A DNA stretch of 32,000 nt from Ktedonobacterales bacterium (GTDB lineage Bacteria > Chloroflexota > Ktedonobacteria > Ktedonobacterales > JADMIN01), in assembly GCA_030167145.1 (NCBI GenBank), contig CP126532.1, positions 2,160,001-2,192,000 on the forward strand. The letters run 5' to 3'. Under the pieces are notes generated by a model, which was given only the letters and a program-made list of their open reading frames with translations, made no database searches and was not told where the DNA came from. The position numbers and the translations under genes are program-made. Shown one piece after another: positions 15,802 to 23,828 of the stretch. Position 1 is the stretch's first letter. Every line of letters starts with the position of its first letter.

Positions 15802-16515
15802 GTGATTGCTCAGGTCTATGGTCCAACGTGGATCGGGAGGAAATGGATGCACCAGAAACTCGATGTGCTAGAGGACAAAGGCTTCGTAGTGCTGCGCCCG
15901 TATGATGGACCTGAGATTTCGCCATCTGAGTGGCAGAACCTCGAATACATGGACTGGAAGAGCGGCGGTGATACCAATTTCGCGCCGATTGCCTCGGCCC
16001 TGGGCGACCTGGAGTGCGCGGGATTCTGGGATCACGGCAAGCCGGACAAGGGCGGCGTATGGACCACGAACGCCGAAGAGTGTCCGACGCTGGTGGAGTG
16101 GACGAAGCGGGTCGGCGCGGACTATGGGCGCGTGCGGATCATCAAGCTGAACCCCAGCACGAGCGAGGCGGACGCGGTGCGGAATCTACACCTCGACGAC
16201 AACAACCGGCTGAATCCCGATGGCGAAGGCTGGGTGGTGCGGGTGTGGCTACAGCTCACTGACAATCCCGACTCGTATATGATGCTACGCGACGTGAAGG
16301 ACGACCCCAGCACGGAGTCGCGGATTTCGCTGGGGCGCTACAGCCAGTTCGTGATTGATTCCGAGCGGCTGTATCATGCGGCGTATCACCCTGGGCCAGA
16401 ACCACGGTACGCGCTGATCGTGTCGTTCGAGAGCGGTCCGGCGCTGGAGCGGTGGATCGAAAGCCAGCGTGCGATCATCCCCACGACGCATGCCGAAACA
16501 GAGCTGCACATCTAG
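15802..16515 (+). CDS. Aspartyl/asparaginyl beta-hydroxylase-like cupin (putative 2OG/Fe(II) oxygenase)
   Basis: GTG 15802 lies 5 nt after GGAGGGAGG. 'NLHLDDNN' (HxD), 'VRVWLQLTDNP' and 'FVIDSERLYHAAYHPGPEPRYALIVSF' follow the AspH-family block order. Recognition is by eye. Confidence 0.5.
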   Translation: MIAQVYGPTWIGRKWMHQKLDVLEDKGFVVLRPYDGPEISPSEWQNLEYMDWKSGGDTNFAPIASALGDLECAGFWDHGKPDKGGVWTTNAEECPTLVEWTKRVGADYGRVRIIKLNPSTSEADAVRNLHLDDNNRLNPDGEGWVVRVWLQLTDNPDSYMMLRDVKDDPSTESRISLGRYSQFVIDSERLYHAAYHPGPEPRYALIVSFESGPALERWIESQRAIIPTTHAETELHI

Positions 16516-16550
16516 CGGCGCTATCGCTTTAGAGCACACGTTTGCTGCCA

Positions 16551-16582
16551 GCCCCCGCCTACCTGGGCGGGGGCATCTTTTT
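16551..16582 (+). terminator. Rho-independent terminator of the 15802..16515 gene
   Basis: Perfect 9-bp stem gcccccgcc/ggcgggggc, loop tacctg, then atcttttt. Confidence 0.85.
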
Positions 16583-16769
16583 GCACTCTACGCGTGCTGG
16601 CGGATAAAATGTGAGGCGAAGTTCACTATTTTGGCCTACGGGGGCATTGTGGTGAAACATGTAGCGTCGCGTGTGGCTCCAATGCTCGTGTTCCGTGGGG
16701 AGCGTGCGCGGTCTTCGGCTGTGGAAGGCTGGCAGGAACCCGCGATGTAGCTGAAGGGGTCGGGAATCT

Positions 16770-17480
16770 ATGCCGACAAGCGCATCTGCTTCCGCTCGCA
16801 CGGGCGAGCAGGCAGCCATAGCGACGACGGGCGCGCGGGAGAAGCCGCTGCTGCGGGGGCGTTTCCATGCGCTGGCGGCGGTGGGCGCGGTGGCGCTGAC
16901 GGTGGCGCTCTGCTGGCAGAGCCGGATGGATCCGCCGCGCATGATCTCGATGCTGATCTTTGGCCTGAGCATGATCGAACTGTATAGCATCAGTGCGGTG
17001 TATCACATCGGCAGATGGCAGCCACGCACGGAGAAGCGGCTGCGGGCGCTGGACCACGCGAATATCTTCGTGCTGATCGCGGGGACGTATACACCGCTGT
17101 GCTTCAATGTGCTTTCCGGCTGGCTGCGTCCGGCGATACTCGTACTGATCTGGGGGCTGGCGGTGGTGGGGGCGGCGCTGGCGACGCTGACGCTGCGGAC
17201 GCCGCGCTGGCTGACGGCGGGGCTGTATGTGGGCATGGGATGGGTGGCGCTGCTGGCGCTGCCAGCGTTCCTGGGCGCGATGCCGTGGGAGGCGACGGCG
17301 ATGCTGGTGCTGGGCGGGGTGCTCTATACCGTGGGTGCGCTGATCTACGCGCGGAAGCGCCCCAATCCGTTCCCGCGCGTGCTGGGCTTCCACGAAGTGT
17401 TTCACCTGTTCGTGATCGCCGGTGGGGCAGCCTTCGCGGTGGCGATCTGGATCTGGGTGCTGCCGTTCCCACGCGTGTAG
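16770..17480 (+). CDS. trhA: Hemolysin III / PAQR family membrane protein
   Basis: 7-TM layout with the family signatures 'LRGRFHALAAV', 'LDHANIFVLIAGTYTP' and 'LGFHEVFHLFVIAG'. Confidence 0.85.
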   Translation: MPTSASASARTGEQAAIATTGAREKPLLRGRFHALAAVGAVALTVALCWQSRMDPPRMISMLIFGLSMIELYSISAVYHIGRWQPRTEKRLRALDHANIFVLIAGTYTPLCFNVLSGWLRPAILVLIWGLAVVGAALATLTLRTPRWLTAGLYVGMGWVALLALPAFLGAMPWEATAMLVLGGVLYTVGALIYARKRPNPFPRVLGFHEVFHLFVIAGGAAFAVAIWIWVLPFPRV

Positions 17481-17497
17481 CGCAGGGGGCGCGACGC

Positions 17498-18034
17498 TCA
17501 GAGTGATTCCAGGCTGACGCTGGTATCCTGAAGGCGCGTGAGCACGGAGTCGAGCCAATCGTGGTCGGCGCGCAGGAGGTTGAGTTGGCGTTCGACGGCC
17601 AGATTCACGCCGAAGGTGTACTGATGGCGCGGGGCGCGCTCGTAGGAGGCGATCTGGTCTTCTAGCTTGGCGCGCCGCTGCTGCAGCAGGGCGATCACCT
17701 CGTCGCGCGAGAGGCTATCGAGGAACATCAAGCCGATTTCGCCCGCGGCGGAGATGCGGTCCACGGCGGCCAGATTCGCGCGCAGCAATTGGAAAAAGAG
17801 CGCCTCGCCAGCCGGGGAGATGCTATAGACCTTGCGCGGCGGGCGATTGCCTTCTTGCTCGGAATGAACGGTGACGTAGCCCTTCTGGCAGAGGCGCTCA
17901 AGGATGGCGTAGGCGGTCGGTTTTTTCATGTCGGTGACGCGGCCCAGCGTGCGTTCGATGAATTCGTTGATCTGATATCCATGCTGGCTCTGCGCCTTGA
18001 GCATGCCCAGCAGCAGTAGCTCGCGCTCATCCAT
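17498..18034 (-). CDS. PadR family transcriptional regulator
   Basis: Winged-helix block 'LLLLGMLKAQSQHGYQINEFIER...KPTAYAILERLCQKGYV...PRKVYSISPAGE'. Divergent from the MFS gene. Confidence 0.9.
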   Translation of the reverse strand: MDERELLLLGMLKAQSQHGYQINEFIERTLGRVTDMKKPTAYAILERLCQKGYVTVHSEQEGNRPPRKVYSISPAGEALFFQLLRANLAAVDRISAAGEIGLMFLDSLSRDEVIALLQQRRAKLEDQIASYERAPRHQYTFGVNLAVERQLNLLRADHDWLDSVLTRLQDTSVSLESL

Positions 18035-18076
18035 TCTTGTCTGCCCCTTCTCTCGCGCCAGTTGGCCTATTCTATT

Positions 18077-18092
18077 TAATCACACTTGACTA
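18077..18092. promoter_or_regulatory. Imperfect copy of the PadR-type palindrome, overlapping the -35 of the MFS promoter
   Basis: TAATCACACTTGACTA compared with the perfect TAGTCACATGTGACTA at 18121-18136. Confidence 0.4.
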
Positions 18093-18115
18093 ATCAGGGC
18101 AAGAGACGCTATACT
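18086..18115 (+). promoter_or_regulatory. Sigma70-type promoter of the MFS transporter gene (TTGACT-18 nt-TATACT)
   Basis: TTGACT at 18086-18091 and TATACT at 18110-18115, 84 nt upstream of ATG 18199. Confidence 0.55.
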
Positions 18116-18120
18116 GTCAT

Positions 18121-18136
18121 TAGTCACATGTGACTA
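18121..18136. promoter_or_regulatory. Perfect 16-bp palindrome, probable PadR operator
   Basis: TAGTCACATGTGACTA is its own reverse complement. It sits immediately downstream of the -10, around the predicted +1, in the PadR/MFS divergent spacer. Confidence 0.6.
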
Positions 18137-18198
18137 TTTAATTGTGAGAGAGCTTTGCGGGACTATTCCTTGCCACGAAACGCGCATTCGAGGTTGTT

Positions 18199-19443
18199 AT
18201 GAAACGTCTGGTTCGCTCGCCGCTGATGCTGATGGCCTTGACGGTCTTCATAGACATTACCGGCTTTGGACTTATCTTACCGCTGCTTCCCTTCTGGGCA
18301 GAGCATTTGGGCGCAAACCCATTCGGCGTCGGGCTGATTCTGACGGTGTATGCGCTGGCGCAGTTTTTATTTACGCCGGTGCTTGGCTCGCTCTCGGATC
18401 GCTATGGGCGGCGTCCGGTGATTCTCGTGTCACTCTTGATCGAGGCATTCTCGTTCGTGCTGACGGCGCTCTCTGGCTCGCTGGCGCTGCTGCTCGTCGC
18501 GCGGTTCATCGGTGGGCTGGGCGCGTCGAATATCGGCTCGGCGCAGGCAGTGGTGGCTGATGTGACACCGCCGGAGGGCCGCGCACGCGGCATGGGCATG
18601 GTTGGCGCGGCGATTGGCCTGGGCTTCGTGGTTGGCCCGGCGCTGGGCGGCGTGCTGGCGGGGCTGGGGCCGGAGGCGCCATTCTGGGCGGCATTTGCGG
18701 TTGCGCTGGCGAACGCGCTGCTGGTGTTACGGTTCCTGCCAGAGACACGCAAGGCGAGCGCGACGACAGACACGGGCACGCGCGGGCATACTGGCAGCAT
18801 CTTGACGAGCCGGTGGGGGTTGCTGCGCTCCGCGCCAATTGCGCGGCTGATCGCCATCAATCTCTTGTTCACGATGGCGTTTACGGCGATGGAAGCGGTG
18901 TTTCCGCTCTTCACGCAGCACAGCTACGGCTGGGGCGCGCCGCAGAATGGCTACATCTTTACCTACGTCGGCGTGATCATCGTGTTGATGCAGGGTGGTC
19001 TGGTCGGGCGGCTGGTGAAGCGCTTCGGCGAGCGCACGCTGATGATCGCGGGGCTGACGCTGCTGGCGGTGGGATTGCTGATCTTGCCGCTGGGCGCGCA
19101 GATGGGGGTGCTGCTGCTCTCGCTGGGCCTGCTGAGCATTGGTGATGGCGCGGCGACACCGACAACCTCGGCGCTGCTCTCGCAGGTCAGCCCGGCGGGC
19201 CGCCAGGGCGAGACGCTGGGGCTGGCGCAGGGCGTGGGCAGCCTGGGGCGGATCGTGGGGCCGCTGGCGGCGGGGGCGCTGTTCGCGGCGAGCGGGCCGG
19301 GGATGCCGTTCATCGTGGGCGGCGCGCTGGCGCTGGTGGCGGCGGCGCTGGCGCTGCCCGCGCTGCCCGACGTGCCACGCATGGCGACGCCAACCACGCA
19401 TGACCGGGCGCAGGAGCCGGTGCGCGAAAACAGTCTGGTATAG
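18199..19443 (+). CDS. MFS transporter, DHA1/TCR-Tet-like efflux family
   Basis: 414 aa, about 12 TM segments. N-terminus 'LMALTVFIDITGFGLILPLLPFW'. MFS motif A 'GSLSDRYGRRPV'. Confidence 0.9.
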   Translation: MKRLVRSPLMLMALTVFIDITGFGLILPLLPFWAEHLGANPFGVGLILTVYALAQFLFTPVLGSLSDRYGRRPVILVSLLIEAFSFVLTALSGSLALLLVARFIGGLGASNIGSAQAVVADVTPPEGRARGMGMVGAAIGLGFVVGPALGGVLAGLGPEAPFWAAFAVALANALLVLRFLPETRKASATTDTGTRGHTGSILTSRWGLLRSAPIARLIAINLLFTMAFTAMEAVFPLFTQHSYGWGAPQNGYIFTYVGVIIVLMQGGLVGRLVKRFGERTLMIAGLTLLAVGLLILPLGAQMGVLLLSLGLLSIGDGAATPTTSALLSQVSPAGRQGETLGLAQGVGSLGRIVGPLAAGALFAASGPGMPFIVGGALALVAAALALPALPDVPRMATPTTHDRAQEPVRENSLV

Positions 19444-19534
19444 TCGTTTGGTTGGGGTCTCGCGTGGCGCAAGAGCCGCGCTTGATAGAGATGATCGCCA
19501 TCTCGCGCAGCGGCGCAGGGTGGCGATTCTTTTG

Positions 19535-19569
19535 GCTGAGTTAGCCGCGCGGTCGCTCCGCGGCTCAGC
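19535..19569 (+). terminator. Stem-loop downstream of the MFS gene (weak U-tract)
   Basis: gctgag-tta-gccgcg ... cgcggctcagc gives 11 paired bases with a 3-nt bulge, followed by gcctggtttgc. Confidence 0.35.
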
Positions 19570-19699
19570 GCCTGGTTTGCTCCATCTCGCCTCGATCCCC
19601 GCTTTGTGTGCTCACTCACCCCTGAAATGACGCCTGTTTTGGCGGCACAAGATGTGCATTCTCAACCTGCCAATAACACATGCAGGGAAGGAGCAACAT

Positions 19700-20715
19700 A
19701 TGGCTACCTCGGCATCATCCGTCGTCACCCCAGCCGAACAGACCCCCGCCTGGCATACGCTGAGTGTCGAAGACGCTTTGCGCAAGCAGGGGGTTGATGC
19801 TGCCACTGGACCGCCAGGCAGAAGCAGATAGACGCCTGAAGACCTATGGCCCTAACAAGTTCGCGGTGGCAAAGAAGGAATCTGGCATCGTCTCGTTCGC
19901 TCAAGAAGGCCGATATTGGCGTGGCGATGGGCATCACCGGCACCGATGTGGCAAAAGAGGCCGCAGTGATGATACTGACTGATGACAACTTTGCCACCAT
20001 CATCCGGGCGGTAGAAAATGGGCGGGCGCTCTACGATAACCTGCTCAAATATATCCGCTTCCAGATGGGGTCATTGTTCGCCTTCATCGCCACATTCCTG
20101 GCTTCGGCGCTCTTCAACATCTTGCATGGCGTTCCGTTTCTTCCCTTGCAGGTGCTCTGGATCAACTTCACGATAGATGTTTTCCTCTCCATCGGCCTCG
20201 GCATGGGCAACCCCACGCCAGGGCTGATGCGACGCGCTCCCCGCAAAGCTGACGAGCGTATCTTGCCAGCCCGCCTCTTCACGCGGCTGATTATTACCGG
20301 GGTGATCATCGCAGCGTGTACGCTGGGCGTGATGCAGTATGCGGTGGCTGGCGCCCATTGGAGCACTGAGGTCGCCCAAACGATGGGCATGGCCACTTTC
20401 TCGCTCGCCAGCATTCTCTTCGCATTGGAGACCAACGACGAGCTGCGCTCGGTGTTCAGCCATGAGACGCTCGAAAGCGTCCGTCTGCTGAAGATGTGTG
20501 GGTGGTCGCTTCTGGCGGCGTTCCTGGTGGTGGTGCTGGACTTCATGCAACGAATCTTCGGCACGGCCGGCCTGACGTTCCGGCAATGGATCATCTGCAT
20601 CGTGGTGAGTTCCGTGATCTTGTGGGTGACCGAGATCGTGAAGATCTTCCGGCGGCGGGCCGCGGCGTCGTCCACCGCCGGGCCAGAAACAGCGCCCGCG
20701 GCAGCGGTGGTTTGA
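19700..20715 (+). pseudogene. P-type (type II-like) cation-transporting ATPase remnant: about 60 N-terminal codons with a frameshift fused to the C-terminal hinge and TM5-10 region
   Basis: ATG 19700 follows GGGAAGGAG and gives 'MATSASSVVTPAEQTPAWHTLSVEDALRKQGVDAATG', then stops at 19829-19831. A second frame continues 'RQAEADRRLKTYGPNKFAVAKKESGIVSFAQ'. From about 19900 a third frame (ORF 19846..20715) reads 'LKKADIGVAMGITGTDVAKEAAVMILTDDNFATIIRAVENGRALYDNLLKYIRFQ' plus TM helices. The actuator, phosphorylation (DKTGT) and nucleotide-binding domains are absent. Confidence 0.75.
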
Positions 20716-20773
20716 ACATGGATGAGCGGCTAGCGTAGTTGGTGACGAGGGGGCAGCACCAAGCACGAGGTTC

Positions 20774-20782
20774 TGGTATGAT
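20774..20782 (+). promoter_or_regulatory. Extended -10 element (TGgTATGAT) upstream of ppk2
   Basis: TG at 20774-20775, one nt, then TATGAT at 20777-20782. It lies about 60 nt upstream of the ppk2 start. There is no good -35. Confidence 0.3.
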
Positions 20783-20840
20783 GCGCGGCAATACAACGCT
20801 CGCCACTCAGTGACGTTTTCAGGAGGAAGTGGGAAACGGC

Positions 20841-21653
20841 ATGTCCAAAGACAAGAACGCAATCCAAAAAGAACAGCCAGGCAAGATGAAGCGCAAAGAA
20901 TTCGAGAAAGAGTTGGAAAAGTTGCAGGTCGAGCTTGTCAAGTTGCAGCGCTGGGTGGTTCACGCGGGATTGCGTGTGGTCGTCGTGTTTGAGGGGCGCG
21001 ACGCAGCGGGGAAAGGGGGTACCATCAAGCGCATCGTTGATCGGGTCAGCCCACGTGTTTTCCGTGTCGTGGCGCTCCCAAAACCGACCGACCGCGAGAA
21101 GACCGAGTTGTACATCCAGCGTTATCTTTCGCACTTTCCAGCCGCCGGCGAGGTCGTCATTTTCGACCGCAGTTGGTACAATCGGGCTGGCGTCGAGCAT
21201 GTGATGGGCTTCTGCACCGACCAGGAATATGAGGTATTCCTGCGCAACACCCCTCTCGTGGAAAGCATTTTCACCGAGCAAGGCATCATCTTGATCAAAT
21301 ACTGGCTCGACGTGAGCGAGGAAGAGCAAGACCGCCGTTTCAGATCAAGGATCCACGATGGCAGGAAGATCTGGAAACTCAGCCCGATGGATGTCGAAGC
21401 GCATCGTCGCTGGTACGATTATTCGCGGGCCAGAGATGCCATGCTTGAGGCTACCGATACGCCGGCATCCCCCTGGTACATCATCAACGCAAATAATAAG
21501 AGGCGAGCGCGCCTGAATTGCATCGCGCATCTCTTGAGCTTGATCCCCTATAAGGAGCTTCCGACCGAAGAGGTCAAGCTTGGGAAGCGCCACCCACCAA
21601 ACGGCTATAAGGAGCCGGATAGAGCGTATCACCTGGTCCCAGAAGTGTATTAA
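20841..21653 (+). CDS. ppk2: Polyphosphate kinase 2 (single-domain PPK2)
   Basis: 'VVVFEGRDAAGKGGTIKRI' (P-loop) and 'FDRSWYNRAGVE', with a PPK2-typical length. The start is ambiguous: GTG 20829 is only 2 nt after AGGAGG (20821-20826), while ATG 20841 is 14 nt after it. Confidence 0.9.
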   Translation: MSKDKNAIQKEQPGKMKRKEFEKELEKLQVELVKLQRWVVHAGLRVVVVFEGRDAAGKGGTIKRIVDRVSPRVFRVVALPKPTDREKTELYIQRYLSHFPAAGEVVIFDRSWYNRAGVEHVMGFCTDQEYEVFLRNTPLVESIFTEQGIILIKYWLDVSEEEQDRRFRSRIHDGRKIWKLSPMDVEAHRRWYDYSRARDAMLEATDTPASPWYIINANNKRRARLNCIAHLLSLIPYKELPTEEVKLGKRHPPNGYKEPDRAYHLVPEVY

Positions 21654-21952
21654 GGCCCTGGGGCGAGGATGAAACCCGCGCATCTGGTCACTCAGGAGAC
21701 GCTAGGTCTGGTGTGGGCGTAGATCAGACCGCCTATCTCCCACACGATCATGAGCAGCCAGACATAGATGGCCGCCTCGTTGCGAAAATAGATCACCCCA
21801 CTGGCTGCGACGCCTATGTGTTCGATTGAGAAGAACGCTCACTATCGCGCGCATGGGTGCAGGGGATTTTGCTTGCCGGTATCACGGTGATGTACGAACG
21901 TATCACGACATATCACAGGGACAAAATTGCGTCCAAACGCAGTAAAGATGTG

Positions 21953-21981
21953 CTTGCATTCGTTAGCTCGGCACTGCATAG
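21953..21981 (+). promoter_or_regulatory. Candidate promoter (TTGCAT-17 nt-CATAGT) for the 22071 gene
   Basis: TTGCAT at 21953-21958 and CATAGT at 21976-21981. The predicted 5' UTR contains a perfect 8-bp hairpin gcgattgc/gcaatcgc at 22009-22032. Confidence 0.35.
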
Positions 21982-22070
21982 TATGTGGGTATGTCGCTGT
22001 ATTTGTAGGCGATTGCGACAACAGGCAATCGCGACGAGTAGACATGTACGCAAGCAAAGAGGTGGATGAG

Positions 22071-22841
22071 GTGAAAGCGATTTTTCGGTCGCTGGTGGGG
22101 GTCGCTGCGTTGTCTCTCGTGCTCGTTGGAACCAGCACGGCGCATGCGGCCAGCGTGTCAACCGCGAACTTTGGCAATGTCACCTGTACGGGCGGCGTGA
22201 TCGCGCCGGGAACGTATGTGTCGCTGAGGGTGACAGGCAACTGCGCGATCACGGATGGGCTGGTCACGGTGAATGGCGGCGTGACGGTGGCCCAGAACGC
22301 GGTACTGTTTGCTGCCAGTGACACGGCGATGGTGATCTTCAGGGGCAATGTCTTCGTCGCGCGGGGCGGCATTCTCGTATTGGGCTGCTCACCAGATATT
22401 GGCTGCGCGACCACGACGCATTATCGCGTCAATGGGAACGTGGAGTCGAATGCGGCGCTGGCGGTGATCCTGCACGGCAACACGATTCGCGGCAGGGTGC
22501 TGATCTCGAACGGTGGTGGCGGGCTGAACTGTGATCCCAACCCGAACTTGCAGGGCGCGCCAAACTACAGCGTGATCGAAGACAACGTGATCAACGGCAA
22601 TGTGTCGGTGTTTCAGCTTCAGTCGTGCTGGTTCGGGTTTATCCGCAACGTGACACACGGCACGGTGACGCTGCGCAACAACTCGTTCTTCGACCCCGCT
22701 GCGATGGAGGTCGTCACCAACACGATCTATGGCAATCTGGCCTGCTCGAACAACGATCCAGCGCCGCAGGTCGGCGACTCTGGTGGCAATCCCAATATCG
22801 TGTTCGGCAAGAAGACCGGCCAGTGCGCCAACATCCAGTAG
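22071..22841 (+). CDS. Secreted repeat protein, probably right-handed beta-helix-like, unknown function
   Basis: GTG 22071 lies 5 nt after AGGTGG; the alternative is ATG 22044. Signal peptide 'VKAIFRSLVGVAALSLVLVGTSTAHA'. Recurrent 'NGNV/GNV/GTVT' strand motifs ('VNGNVESN','INGNVSVF','THGTVTLRNN','IYGNLACSNN'). Confidence 0.6.
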   Translation: MKAIFRSLVGVAALSLVLVGTSTAHAASVSTANFGNVTCTGGVIAPGTYVSLRVTGNCAITDGLVTVNGGVTVAQNAVLFAASDTAMVIFRGNVFVARGGILVLGCSPDIGCATTTHYRVNGNVESNAALAVILHGNTIRGRVLISNGGGGLNCDPNPNLQGAPNYSVIEDNVINGNVSVFQLQSCWFGFIRNVTHGTVTLRNNSFFDPAAMEVVTNTIYGNLACSNNDPAPQVGDSGGNPNIVFGKKTGQCANIQ

Positions 22842-22887
22842 GCGCAGCATGGTAGAGCAAACACAGCATTTGCGCGGTATGTAGTGC

Positions 22888-22925
22888 GATTCCCCACCTC
22901 GCCCAGTGGCGCGGGGTGGGGAATC
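22888..22925. terminator. Long hairpin in the convergent gap (possible bidirectional terminator)
   Basis: Perfect 11-bp outer stem gattccccacc/ggtggggaatc with an inner cgcc/ggcg stem. It lies between the + gene ending at 22841 and the - gene ending at 22964. Confidence 0.5.
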
Positions 22926-22944
22926 ATAGTATCTGTTGCCAGAA

Positions 22945-22967
22945 GGGCGTCCGCCGGACGCCCCTAC
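22945..22967 (+). repeat. Intergenic hairpin repeat GGGCGTCCGCCGGACGCCCCTAC
   Basis: Exact family consensus. Its CTA (22964-22966) is the TAG stop of the minus-strand dienelactone hydrolase gene. Confidence 0.75.
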
Positions 22968-23743
22968 GCGGGGGTGTGGGCACGGATGAAGGCGAGCATG
23001 CGCTGCCAGGCGTCGGCGCACTCGGTTGTGTAGTCGTCGTAGCGGCGGTCGAAGAAGCTGTGGGGCGCGCCGGGGTAGATGTGCAGGCTGTGCTCGATGT
23101 GGACGCTGGTGAGCGCAGCATCGAACTGGTGGACCGATTCCGCCGGAATACCCTGGTCCGCGCCGCCGAAGAGGCCAAGCACAGGGCAGGAGAACTCGCC
23201 GATACGCTCGATGGGCGCGGGATTGTCGTTGCGGCGGTTGGTCGGCGAGCCGTAGAAGCCGATGACGCCGCTGAGGCCGTGTTGGTTGGCGGCTTGCAAG
23301 AAGGAGTTACCGCCGCCGAAGCAGAAGCCGACGGTGAAGATAGCGTGCGGGGCTGGGGACATCTGGGTCTTGAGGTAGGTGATGGCGGCTGCGGTATCCT
23401 GCGCGATGGCATCGGGGCGTGTCTGGGCGACATGCGGCATGTATTCGAAGCTCTCATCGCGGGCGGTGAGGCCGGCGGTGCGTCCAAAGTAGTCTATGGC
23501 GATGGCGGCGACCCCAGCACCGGCGAAGCGCTCGGCCAGTTGTTTGTAGAAGCTGAAGAGGCCGCGCACATCGGGCAGGATAACGATGCCCGCGCCGGTG
23601 GGCGACGGTGCGCGGACGGCGTAGCCGGCGAACTGCGTGCCGTCGGCGGAGGTGAGCACGAGTTCCTGGCCGCTGCCGTGTGGCAGCGCCATGCCGGACC
23701 CCTCCGGCAGATCAGGTGGTGATGCGTCGTAGTCGAAGCACAT
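22964..23743 (-). CDS. Dienelactone hydrolase family protein
   Basis: 'GAGIVILPDVRGLFSFYKQLAERFAGAGVAAIAIDYFGR' and the nucleophile block 'VGFCFGGGNS'. AGGAGG RBS before ATG 23743. Confidence 0.85.
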   Translation of the reverse strand: MCFDYDASPPDLPEGSGMALPHGSGQELVLTSADGTQFAGYAVRAPSPTGAGIVILPDVRGLFSFYKQLAERFAGAGVAAIAIDYFGRTAGLTARDESFEYMPHVAQTRPDAIAQDTAAAITYLKTQMSPAPHAIFTVGFCFGGGNSFLQAANQHGLSGVIGFYGSPTNRRNDNPAPIERIGEFSCPVLGLFGGADQGIPAESVHQFDAALTSVHIEHSLHIYPGAPHSFFDRRYDDYTTECADAWQRMLAFIRAHTPA

Positions 23744-23828
23744 GGAAGCTTCCTCCTGAAGAGAGCAGACCGTAATGCCAGCGTGGTATGACTGCCGTGA
23801 ATTATAGTCGCTGCCTGGGGCCGCCGCG

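Noticed and set aside
18144-18560. 138-codon ORF overlapping the 5' part of the MFS gene
   Set aside because: It is out of frame with the MFS transporter, which has clear MFS motifs and a proper promoter/RBS context. The ORF starts inside the operator region without an RBS.
21692-21796. 34-codon minus-strand ORF (GTG start) encoding a hydrophobic peptide 'IYFRNEAAIYVWLLMIVWEIGGLIYAHTRPSVS' downstream of ppk2
   Set aside because: It has no RBS, a non-ATG start and no paralog for comparison. It could be a fragment of a decayed membrane-protein gene in the low-GC patch, but support is insufficient to call it.
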